A program made the position numbers and the translations under genes. The notes under the pieces were generated by a model, which was given only the letters and a program-made list of their open reading frames with translations, made no database searches and was not told where the DNA came from. DNA of 64,000 bases from Verrucomicrobiales bacterium (GTDB lineage Bacteria > Verrucomicrobiota > Verrucomicrobiia > Verrucomicrobiales > Akkermansiaceae), in contig JBBRYQ010000024.1 of the NCBI GenBank assembly GCA_038237425.1, positions 1,005-65,004 of the forward strand. The letters are read 5' to 3'. Shown piece after piece: positions 56,701 to 64,000 of the stretch; within the stretch, counting starts at the first letter, position 1, and every line of letters starts with the position of its first letter.

Positions 56701-58898
56701 CCTACCAAGCCCGCTGGAATCTCCTGACGCCTAACACGACTCTCGATCCCATCACCAAGACCGTCGTCACCACCGACGCGGGCCAGGCCAACCTCGCCGT
56801 CGTGCCCTGCCTCGGCAGCGGCCTCACCGTGGCCAACATCAGTGCGCGTTTGTCGAACAGCGGCTCCACCACGCCCGTGCTATCCGAAATGCTCGGCTGG
56901 GATCAACCCGATCTTTCCACCACCCGCACGCCCGCTACCACCGTCACCCAAACGCTCTCTGGCACCGGCACCAAGCAGTTTCTCACCCTTTTCCTCCCGC
57001 TCAAGCCCGGCCAAACCAATCCCGTGGCCTCCATCGTCAACACCGGTGCCACCTCTGCCGAAGTCACTCTCGCCGATGGCCGCAAGCTCCAAGTTTACGC
57101 CGATCCCGATCCCACCCGCGGCTTAAAACTCACCGAAATCCTGCCCGGAAACATCCCAGCCCGCTACGTCGGTGCGGGCTACACCCCACCCGTGATCGCC
57201 GGACTCACCCATCAGAAAGTCGGCCCCAGTGCCGTCATCAATCAGCCGTTCACCGTCACCGATAACTCACCGATCGCCAACGTGACCGTCACCGTCCGTT
57301 CGCTCAACCAATCATTGATTCCCGATGCCAATCTCACGCTCGGCGGCTCCGGCAACAACCGCACGCTCACCGCGAACCTCATCCCTAATAAAACAGGTGC
57401 CGCCACCCTCATCGTCACCGCCCTCGATCCGGACGGTTCGATCACTAGCGAGGCCATCGATATCACCGCCGCCTATCCGCCGGACTCGCCGCCCGTCGCT
57501 TCCGCCGGAAACGTCGCCACGCCTCCGAACACCGCATTGAACATCGACCTCGGAACCCTCGTCTCCGACGCCGAAACCTCGGACTCCAGCCTGCTTTTCA
57601 AAGTCAGCAATCCCGTCAACGGCAGCGTCACCCTCCTGCCCGACGGCCGCACCGCCCGCTTCACGCCCGCTAACAATTTTACCGGAGCCGCGAATTTCCA
57701 ATACAGCGCCACTGATCTCGGCAATGACCCGCGCATCTACGCCCACTACGACATGGACGCGCCAGACGACCTCACCACCACCCTCATCCAAGACACTTCG
57801 CTAAACAACCGCCCGGCGGACCTTAGCACGGTTGGCACCGGCAACGCCCAGTGGGTGACTGACGCGCCATCCGCGCTCGCCGCATTCGACACGCAGTCCA
57901 TCCAGCTAACTGAAAATGGCGACAATAATGGGGCCCGGCTTCAGCGGGCGATCAACCCGACGGACCTCAATTTGAACGACCAAAGCTGGACCTTCGCCTG
58001 CTGGTTCAAGCGGTCCGCCACCACCAACGACGACTTCATCTTCCATCTCGGCAGTGGCAATGGCTTCGGCAGTGAGGAGGAACTCCAGCTCTGGTGCCGC
58101 ACCGGAAACAATACCCTTGGCCTCGCTCACTGGAACGGCACCGCAGCGGACATGAATCTCACATCATCCGCCGTCGCCACCGCCGGGCAATGGCATCATG
58201 TCGCCGTCACCTACACCCGCATTTCGCCTAACCGGGGCAACGTCGCGTTCTTCATCAACGGCAGTCCCGCCGGATCAGCAAACAATATTCCCTTCAATTT
58301 CAATCAATCCAATCCCGTGAACATCGGCGGTCATGCGCAGACCACAGCTGCGGTCTCGCGTTGGTTCAACGGTAACATTGACGAAGCCGTCATCGTTAAA
58401 GCCGCGCTCACCGCTCCGGAAATCTCCCTGCTCGCCACCCAGCCCGTCGCCCGCCTCGGCGGCACGACCGCTACCAACTCGGTGGCTGTGACGGTGGGAA
58501 ATCCACTCACCGCCATCCAACAATGGCGGCTAACACATTTCGGCACCACCGCGAACACCGGCAACGCTGCCGATACTTTCGATGCTAACAGCGACGGCGA
58601 ACCCAACCTGCTGGAATTCGCCACCGGCCAGAATCCCAACGCTGCGACCCTTGCCCAGACGTCGATTACCAAAAACGGCGCGAATCTCGAATTCACCTAC
58701 ACCCGCAGCATCGCCGCGATGGGCGACGGCGTGAGCTTCACCGTCGAATGGAGCAACACCCTGGCAGTCGGCTCGTGGAGCAATGGGGGAGTGACCGAGC
58801 AACTTCTTATTGACAACGGCACGTTGCAAAGCGTAAAAGCCATGCTGCCTGCGGGAAGCTCCGCCCGTTTTTGCAGGCTTAGAATTTCAAAACCATGA
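53745..58898 (+). CDS. 1717-aa secreted protein: beta-strand repeats + heparinase II/III-like (PL12-type) lyase + cadherin/Ig-like + LamG + shared C-terminal module
   Basis: Motifs LNLDYPGLESVK, QFYPDGVHIELSPRYH, YAAMRSGW, DAGPLG..HRHEDKL, FDSGGGSY, SHNCITVDG; LamG WTFACWFKR; ends RFCRLRISKP. Confidence 0.85.
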   Translation: MFILRILNFVPIRSSATRFAWLVTCFSPGVLIAASLTWGPSGTGGSGTWDTNTTTNWFNGASAVNWPAPAGTDDDAVFAGTPGTVSLATGGIIANDLTFNVAGFTLQGQTLTLNGTTPTLTTAAAVSAEISSTLTGSAGFIKTGVASTGILTLSGSNTLSGNVAVNSGFLRLTHSNALGTSAKTLSLNGGGGIAAGLGLSLDPGAGGGVILPSTIAISMASNSYAGIRNKSGTNEIKGTLSLKTGLSSSTIASEAGTLTISGAVTSVASGRILYLTGSSTAENTITGVISNGSGLSVIKSDAGSWKLRATNTYSGTTTINAGKLTGVTGGSCASSAVTLAATAGNSAILGVSITDNTKRWTCASLAVNNGGTTSDLEFNFGTISPSTTLAPLNITGAADFTTKPNLNIIADSNLGPVGTKFPLITWGSTTGTPPSTFTLTTSNPTSAHLEVTGNTLFLVIDDYTPTLSDTQLFSALNLDYPGLESVKSLFTAGNIPAAKSALATYLRNRTNVNWTFDWRNPTTNISFDQATADTQIAGTFSLLGYTQSFPNGDVDWLYSPALTAQWVSLMNRMNFWPNFGTTYWGTGNESYTIAWARQLRSWITQCPAPATSQGILTPWATIQAAERMRTWPDTFLRFIRSPSLTDENVVLYLKSTIENTRYLRQFSIGSAMNFNIDAWELNGIYSTATLFPELNEAPEWRSYAVAQMNIQKQLQFYPDGVHIELSPRYHIGTLEFIKGIYELAALNNRIADLPPGYITNTEKAYDFILYNSAPTRLMPPFNDCGSANEDSRTYLQEGYALFPNRTDFLWTSGSGTKPAKTSWNFPYAGYAAMRSGWETSANFLCFDAGPLGSSSHRHEDKLNVVLWAYGRELLFDSGGGSYESSIWRTWGTSSYSHNCITVDGLDQEGGDGSYAATDADYQSQAPINMRWESGALHDFAAGTYNRGYGGNYNNRPAAQTRRVLFVKPDIYLVADTMVPSNIASHTYQARWNLLTPNTTLDPITKTVVTTDAGQANLAVVPCLGSGLTVANISARLSNSGSTTPVLSEMLGWDQPDLSTTRTPATTVTQTLSGTGTKQFLTLFLPLKPGQTNPVASIVNTGATSAEVTLADGRKLQVYADPDPTRGLKLTEILPGNIPARYVGAGYTPPVIAGLTHQKVGPSAVINQPFTVTDNSPIANVTVTVRSLNQSLIPDANLTLGGSGNNRTLTANLIPNKTGAATLIVTALDPDGSITSEAIDITAAYPPDSPPVASAGNVATPPNTALNIDLGTLVSDAETSDSSLLFKVSNPVNGSVTLLPDGRTARFTPANNFTGAANFQYSATDLGNDPRIYAHYDMDAPDDLTTTLIQDTSLNNRPADLSTVGTGNAQWVTDAPSALAAFDTQSIQLTENGDNNGARLQRAINPTDLNLNDQSWTFACWFKRSATTNDDFIFHLGSGNGFGSEEELQLWCRTGNNTLGLAHWNGTAADMNLTSSAVATAGQWHHVAVTYTRISPNRGNVAFFINGSPAGSANNIPFNFNQSNPVNIGGHAQTTAAVSRWFNGNIDEAVIVKAALTAPEISLLATQPVARLGGTTATNSVAVTVGNPLTAIQQWRLTHFGTTANTGNAADTFDANSDGEPNLLEFATGQNPNAATLAQTSITKNGANLEFTYTRSIAAMGDGVSFTVEWSNTLAVGSWSNGGVTEQLLIDNGTLQSVKAMLPAGSSARFCRLRISKP

Positions 58899-61800
58899 TA
58901 TCTATCTCATCTCGATACCCCTGCCGCCGCGGGAGCTTCTTGCTCGCGATCTTGCTGCCTGCTGCCGCCCACGCCGCGACGAAGACTTGGGATGGCGGCG
59001 CGGCGACGGCAAACTGGAGCGATGCGGCGAATTGGAATGCGGATGGCGTGCCGACTTCGAGCGATGCGGTGGTGCTGAATAATTTAGTCGCCAATCCAGT
59101 GCCGCAGATTTCCGCGCAGTCGGGCGCGAACTGCGGGACACTGACGATCGATGGCGTGGTGGCGGCGACGTTTCTCAACTACGGCGGCTCGACTCCGCTA
59201 GTGACAAATCTTTACGGCGCGAGCGCGAATGCAGCAAATACGGGGCCGCTGATCAATATCACGACGAACGCTCCGGCGCTGGTTTCGGCGAACAAGGTGA
59301 ACTTCCAACTTCGCACCAATGGCGAGTGGTTCGTGGCGGCGGGGAAAGCGATTTCGCTCTCGAATAGCATTATCTCACAGAACGGCACGCGCGCGCTGAC
59401 GAAGACCGGCGCGGGCACGGTGCAGTTTTCCGGCAGTGGCTCGGAGGTCACATTCACGGGCGGGCTGAACATGGCGGAGGGAACATGGAACGCGGGCACG
59501 GACACACTCGATTTGCCGACGACGGGGATCATCACGTTCACGAATGCGGTCGGTGTGGCGGCGACTATCACTTCATCGAATTCGCATAGCATCGCAGGGC
59601 TAGCAGGTGGAAATGGGAATAGTGAAATCTATGCAACGGGCACGACAGGGCTGACGATCACCGGCTCGGCAGTCACAACTTTCAGCGGGCGCATTCGTGG
59701 CGCGACGAAGCTGAATTACTCGGGCACCGGCACGCTGACTTTGAATGGCAGCAATACGTTCACCGGAGCGACGAGCATCAACTCGGGCACGTTGGCACTC
59801 GGAGCGAGTGGGACGCTGAGCGGCACGCCGAGCGTGAGTCTGGCGAGCGGCGCGACGTTCAATGTCTCGGCCATCGCGGCGGGGTTCACGGTGGGCAGCG
59901 GAAAGACGCTGAGCGGTGGCGGCACGGTGACGGGAAAGCTGACGGCAGCGGGTGGCGCGACGGTGGCACCATCGGGGTTACTCACGGTTTCTAATGGCTT
60001 CGCAGTAGCGGCGGGCGCTCATCTGGATTTCGGCATCACGAGCGCGGCGAGCCACGATGCCATCGCGGTGACGGCAGGCAATGTCTCGCTGGCGGGCGAC
60101 CTCGCGGGCACCACGTTCGGCTATACTCCGGCGCTCGGCGACACGCTTTATCTCGTGCGGAATCACGGCGCGGGCACGACGACGGGCACGCTCAATGGCA
60201 TCGGCGATGGTGGAAAAATCGACCTCGGCGGAAAATGGTGGCGCGTGAGTTTTACGTCGAGTTTCGGCGGCAGCGGATTTGCCGTCGGCGGCGCGGGGAA
60301 CGATGTGGCGATTCAGCGCATCGATGACCCGTCGCCCAGCGGACTTGCGGCAAGCATCGTCGGGGCGACGAACGAGGCGCTCGTGCAGTTAGGCTTTTCG
60401 TGGTTAGATAATGCGACGACGGAAACCGGCTACCGAGTCTATCGGGTGCTCAGCGATGGCTCACTGGAACTCGCGGCGACCCTCCCGCCGAACGCGACTA
60501 CGTTTTCCGAAACGGTGAGCAACTACGTGAGTTATACCTACGCGGTGCAGGCCTTCAATGCGGCGGGCACGCTGGGCGACCTTGCGTTCTCCACGCCGTT
60601 TCAGACCAGCACCAGTTTCGCCGACCGCCAAAAAGCAATGCTCGACTACCTCTCCACCGACGTGCCGAATCTCGGACAGACGGGCGGTGGGCCGCATCGC
60701 ATCGGGCGCGTGGGATTCTGGGATGCCACGGCCCGGTTGCTGCGCGGAGATACTGCCACCGGTATTTCCTACATCACCACGTCGGTCGAGGATGCCAATG
60801 CGGAGGGGCCGAACGCGGGCTTCTCGATGTGGCCGGGCATGGATGCCTACATGCGGTGGAATCAACTTTTTCCGCAATCGCTGAAGGATCGCTATCAGCA
60901 GATTTACGTCGGCGCGGATGCCTATGATAATGGCTCGACGCCTAACCAACGCTTCATGCTCGCGACGGCTTCGTATCTAGCAAATGGCGTTTGGGGCACG
61001 GGCGTGAACTCGGTGTCCAGCGCGTCGAATGGCATCGGCGGTGCGAGCGGCAAGGACTTCATCCTGAACCTTCTGAACAAGACGCCGTTCAACAATCACG
61101 AGGAGCATAACGCCTCGCACTATCTGCAATACACGCTGGCTCCGATCGAGACACTGGCCGAGTTCGCGCAGGATGCGGAGGTGCGAAACAAGGCCCGCAT
61201 GGTGCTGGACTGGGCGCTGGCAGAAGCGGCGGGCTACATGCAAAACGGTCGCTGGTGCGTCTCGGCCACCCGTGGCCGGGCTGCACAGCAGCAGAACGAC
61301 TACGACATCACCGGCTTTACCTGGCAACTGCTCTTCGGCGGCCCGACTCCAGCCAGCTACTTCGACTCGTTTGCGAGCGTGCTGTTTCTCACGCCGCAGT
61401 TTCCCGCACTACTGCCCGAGGTGTTGGCGGCGGGCCAGCAGCGCACGCAAAATTACACACGCCGATCGCTCGCCCAGCGCTATCTCAGCGGCGGTGATGT
61501 GGCCTATTTCAAGCAATCCTGGATGACCCCCGGCTATGCGATGTGGAGCCAGGTGGAGGGCGATGTGACTTACAACGCCGACGGTAGCATGAATCTAACT
61601 GATGTAAACACAGCGGGCATTCAGGACGGCTATCAAGGCAACCGCTGGGGCCTCGCGTGGGATTCGCCACCGGGGAATGACTCGATGATTACCATCACCT
61701 CGCCCACGACCTACAGCGGCACGACGAGCGGCATTTCCGTGTGGGAAGACACGCTCCAGCACGAAGGCACGGTGATTGCCGTGTATAATATGCCTGTGGG

Positions 61801-63763
61801 CGGCGGCGGCAGCACAGGCAACAACGGCAACTGGGCCAACGAATACATCAAAGGCGACATCCCTAACGGCTACCTCGCCTACATTGACCAGAGCGACGCG
61901 CTCGGGCGGATTTTCCTGCATTACGACAAAGTCCTCGTGTCCATCCAACTGACCGACACGTTTTCAAATTACGTCGGCAGCCCCGGCTTTCAATATGCCT
62001 GCAACAAGCAGGGCGTGATCGTGGAAACCGCCGCGCCCTCGGAGTATCCGCAGGCGACCGCTGCGGACCGTCTGGCGGCCTTCCGCGCTGACATCCTCGC
62101 AAACACCGTGACCGACAAGTCCAGTATCAACGCCGCCGCCCCGAAGCTCAGCTACACGAACCGAAGTGGCGACGTGCTCGAACTCACCTTCGGCCTCGCG
62201 GGGAAAATCAACGGCGTGACGGTGGACTACCAAAGCTGGCCGGTGCTCGAAGACCCGTGGATGTCTCAGGCGCAGAACGGCCACCTGCATCTCTTCGGCG
62301 CGAACCGCGTCGTCACTTCGAACTACCACGACTGGACGCAGAGCATCAACACGCGGCCTATCGCAGCGGGAAATGGGAGCGTCTCCGCTGTCGCGGCGTC
62401 GCCCGTGGATGTGGACCTCGCCGCCCGCGTCGCCGATGCCGAGACCGCCGATGCACAACTCGCATTTACCGTGGCGAACCCGACTGGCGGCACCGTGGCG
62501 CTGCTCGCCGATGGCAAAACCGCGCGCTTCACCCCCACGGCGGGCAGCAGCGGCGCGGCGGCGTTCGACTTTACCGCCCGCGACCGCGGCCAGCATCCGC
62601 GCATCGTCTGGCACTATGATTTCGAGCCGCCCGCCACGCTCGCGGGCAACCTCGTGCGCGACGCCAGCGGACAGGAGCGCGAGGCCACGCTCAGCTTTGC
62701 CAGCGCTGGCACTGCGGCGCTTGAAGCCAGCCCCGCCGCCGCCCTCGGCGCGAACAGCACGCAGAGCCTGCGCTGCAACGAAACCGCCACCACCGCCGCA
62801 CGGCTCCAGCGCACCGTCACCCGCGCGAATCTCGAAATGAGCAACGGAAGCTGGACCTTCGCGACGTGGTTCAAACGCGCGAGCCGCACCACCGACGATT
62901 TCCTATTTTACATCGGCGCGGGCGACGGCTTAAGCGGTAATGGCGACGAGCTGCAACTCCGCTGCAGCGGCAATGCCGACACCCTGCGACTCGAACACTA
63001 CAACGCCGCCAATGCGGGTGACCTCACCCTCGTCTCGCCCGGCACCGCCCTGGCAAACGTCTGGCACCACGCCGCCATCACCTTCGAAAAAACCGCCAAC
63101 AACACCGGCCTCGTCCGCCTTTACCTCAATGGCACGCTCGTCGGCACGCCCACCAGCGTGACGTGGTCGCTGCGGCAAGACCTGCCCCTCATCATCGGCG
63201 GCATCGCCAGCACCAGTGCCGCCGTCATCCCGCGCTACTTCGGCGGCTGGCTCGACGACACCGCGCTCTTCCGCGGCGCAATGACCGCCACGGAAATCGC
63301 CAGCCTCGCCAAGCAAAGCGTCGCCACCTTCAGCGGCCTGAGCACCTCCGCGACCGTGCCGCTCACCGTCCTAACACAACAGGAAAACTGGCGGCAGCAA
63401 CACTTCGGCACCACGACTAACACCGGCAACGCCGCCAACACCTTCGACCCTAACAACGACGGCGAATCCAACCTGCTAGAATTCGCCACCGGCCAGAACC
63501 CGAACGCCGCGACGCTGACCACAACGGGTGTTGTTAGGAGTGGTGCGACACTCGATTTCACCTACACCCGCAGCCTCGCCGCAATGGCGGACGGCGTGAC
63601 CTTCACCGTCGAATGGAGCGACACCCTGGCGGCTGGCTCATGGAGCAGTGAGGGAGTGACCGAGCAAATTCTCAGCGACAACGGCACGCTGCAGCGCGTG
63701 AAAGCGAGTGTCGCCGCTGGCACATTGCGCCGTTTTGTGCACCTTAAAGCAATACGCCCTTGA
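58895..63763 (+). CDS. 1622-aa secreted protein: beta-strand repeats + FN3 + unassigned ~600-aa domain + Ig-like + LamG + shared C-terminal module
   Basis: ATGA-coupled to 53745. FN3 motif (WLDNATTETGYRVYR...YTYAVQAFNAAG); insert at ~60614-62340 homologous to 35131-37059; ends RFVHLKAIRP. Confidence 0.87.
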   Translation: MISISSRYPCRRGSFLLAILLPAAAHAATKTWDGGAATANWSDAANWNADGVPTSSDAVVLNNLVANPVPQISAQSGANCGTLTIDGVVAATFLNYGGSTPLVTNLYGASANAANTGPLINITTNAPALVSANKVNFQLRTNGEWFVAAGKAISLSNSIISQNGTRALTKTGAGTVQFSGSGSEVTFTGGLNMAEGTWNAGTDTLDLPTTGIITFTNAVGVAATITSSNSHSIAGLAGGNGNSEIYATGTTGLTITGSAVTTFSGRIRGATKLNYSGTGTLTLNGSNTFTGATSINSGTLALGASGTLSGTPSVSLASGATFNVSAIAAGFTVGSGKTLSGGGTVTGKLTAAGGATVAPSGLLTVSNGFAVAAGAHLDFGITSAASHDAIAVTAGNVSLAGDLAGTTFGYTPALGDTLYLVRNHGAGTTTGTLNGIGDGGKIDLGGKWWRVSFTSSFGGSGFAVGGAGNDVAIQRIDDPSPSGLAASIVGATNEALVQLGFSWLDNATTETGYRVYRVLSDGSLELAATLPPNATTFSETVSNYVSYTYAVQAFNAAGTLGDLAFSTPFQTSTSFADRQKAMLDYLSTDVPNLGQTGGGPHRIGRVGFWDATARLLRGDTATGISYITTSVEDANAEGPNAGFSMWPGMDAYMRWNQLFPQSLKDRYQQIYVGADAYDNGSTPNQRFMLATASYLANGVWGTGVNSVSSASNGIGGASGKDFILNLLNKTPFNNHEEHNASHYLQYTLAPIETLAEFAQDAEVRNKARMVLDWALAEAAGYMQNGRWCVSATRGRAAQQQNDYDITGFTWQLLFGGPTPASYFDSFASVLFLTPQFPALLPEVLAAGQQRTQNYTRRSLAQRYLSGGDVAYFKQSWMTPGYAMWSQVEGDVTYNADGSMNLTDVNTAGIQDGYQGNRWGLAWDSPPGNDSMITITSPTTYSGTTSGISVWEDTLQHEGTVIAVYNMPVGGGGSTGNNGNWANEYIKGDIPNGYLAYIDQSDALGRIFLHYDKVLVSIQLTDTFSNYVGSPGFQYACNKQGVIVETAAPSEYPQATAADRLAAFRADILANTVTDKSSINAAAPKLSYTNRSGDVLELTFGLAGKINGVTVDYQSWPVLEDPWMSQAQNGHLHLFGANRVVTSNYHDWTQSINTRPIAAGNGSVSAVAASPVDVDLAARVADAETADAQLAFTVANPTGGTVALLADGKTARFTPTAGSSGAAAFDFTARDRGQHPRIVWHYDFEPPATLAGNLVRDASGQEREATLSFASAGTAALEASPAAALGANSTQSLRCNETATTAARLQRTVTRANLEMSNGSWTFATWFKRASRTTDDFLFYIGAGDGLSGNGDELQLRCSGNADTLRLEHYNAANAGDLTLVSPGTALANVWHHAAITFEKTANNTGLVRLYLNGTLVGTPTSVTWSLRQDLPLIIGGIASTSAAVIPRYFGGWLDDTALFRGAMTATEIASLAKQSVATFSGLSTSATVPLTVLTQQENWRQQHFGTTTNTGNAANTFDPNNDGESNLLEFATGQNPNAATLTTTGVVRSGATLDFTYTRSLAAMADGVTFTVEWSDTLAAGSWSSEGVTEQILSDNGTLQRVKASVAAGTLRRFVHLKAIRP

Positions 63764-63807
63764 GGAAGTGCGAAGCGTTTTAGCTTATTTCTTAAACCCA
63801 TCAACGA

Positions 63808-64000
63808 ATGACCCCCCCCAGTCTAGTCGCTCTAATCATCTTTTTCACCGGGCAGCTCCTTGCATGGTCCGCGCAAGATACCTTTGAAGAACGTCGGAAT
63901 TTTATCATCAACCAAGTGGTAGCAGACCCGAATGGCGCTAACTTAACGGGCTTTTGGGATGTCGGAGAGAGGCTTGCGCCGACGCACTCCGGGGACGTCT
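63808..64000 (+). CDS. 5' end of a secreted protein, truncated by the window end and absent from the ORF track; probably a further copy of the unassigned domain
   Basis: MTPPSLVALIIFFTGQLLAWSA|QDTFEERRNFIINQVVADPNGANLTGFWDVGERL resembles TFEDRR (46217 protein) and SFADRQ...GFWDATARL (58895 protein). Confidence 0.65.
   Translation, partial: MTPPSLVALIIFFTGQLLAWSAQDTFEERRNFIINQVVADPNGANLTGFWDVGERLAPTHSGDV

Noticed and set aside
38050-63763. Classical autotransporters (type V secretion)
   Set aside because: The repeats are autotransporter-associated, but none of the proteins ends in a beta-barrel translocator; they end in PEP-CTERM or the shared module.
1-64000. rRNA, tRNA, IS/transposase, integrase, sulfatase genes
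   Set aside because: None were recognisable by eye; small RNAs could be missed without covariance-model searches.

Overview
This GC-rich window is a polysaccharide-utilisation region from a bacterium that is very probably a member of the Verrucomicrobiota. That assignment is inferred from a PEP-CTERM protein, autotransporter-associated beta-strand repeat proteins, prepilin-type proteins with C-terminal DG motifs, a GH29 expansion and a BMC shell gene. It has four blocks. (1) 1-17.5 kb: the end of a GH29 fucosidase, a HisKA_3/NarL two-component system, GH2, GH30, two modular GH16 surface proteins and a prepilin-like gene. (2) 17.8-18.5 kb: an XRE antitoxin followed by a HipA-family toxin gene destroyed by an internal deletion. 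(3) 18.5-34.2 kb: a minus-strand, operon-like fucose block opposite an AraC regulator. It encodes an SSS transporter, a lipoprotein RhaM-family mutarotase, an SDR, GH29, L-fuconate dehydratase, a DHDPS-family aldolase ending in an encapsulation-peptide-like helix, a tandem-domain BMC shell protein, a decayed FAH fragment, three more GH29 and a GH74. (4) 34.2-64 kb: a GH16 gene with a nonsense codon, a second TCS, GH28, a GH43-like enzyme, and very large repeat-stalk surface proteins. These carry either a heparinase II/III-like lyase or an unassigned ~600-aa domain that occurs three times in full, with a probable fourth copy cut off by the window end. The best candidates for new biology are: a non-phosphorylative L-fucose pathway apparently wired to a bacterial microcompartment; the recurrent unassigned enzyme-like domain; a four-copy TCATCC-N4-GGATGA palindrome at fixed spacing from sigma70-like -35 boxes; and a covarying two-hairpin element upstream of both sensor kinases. 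All family assignments come from motif recognition by eye; no database searches were run.
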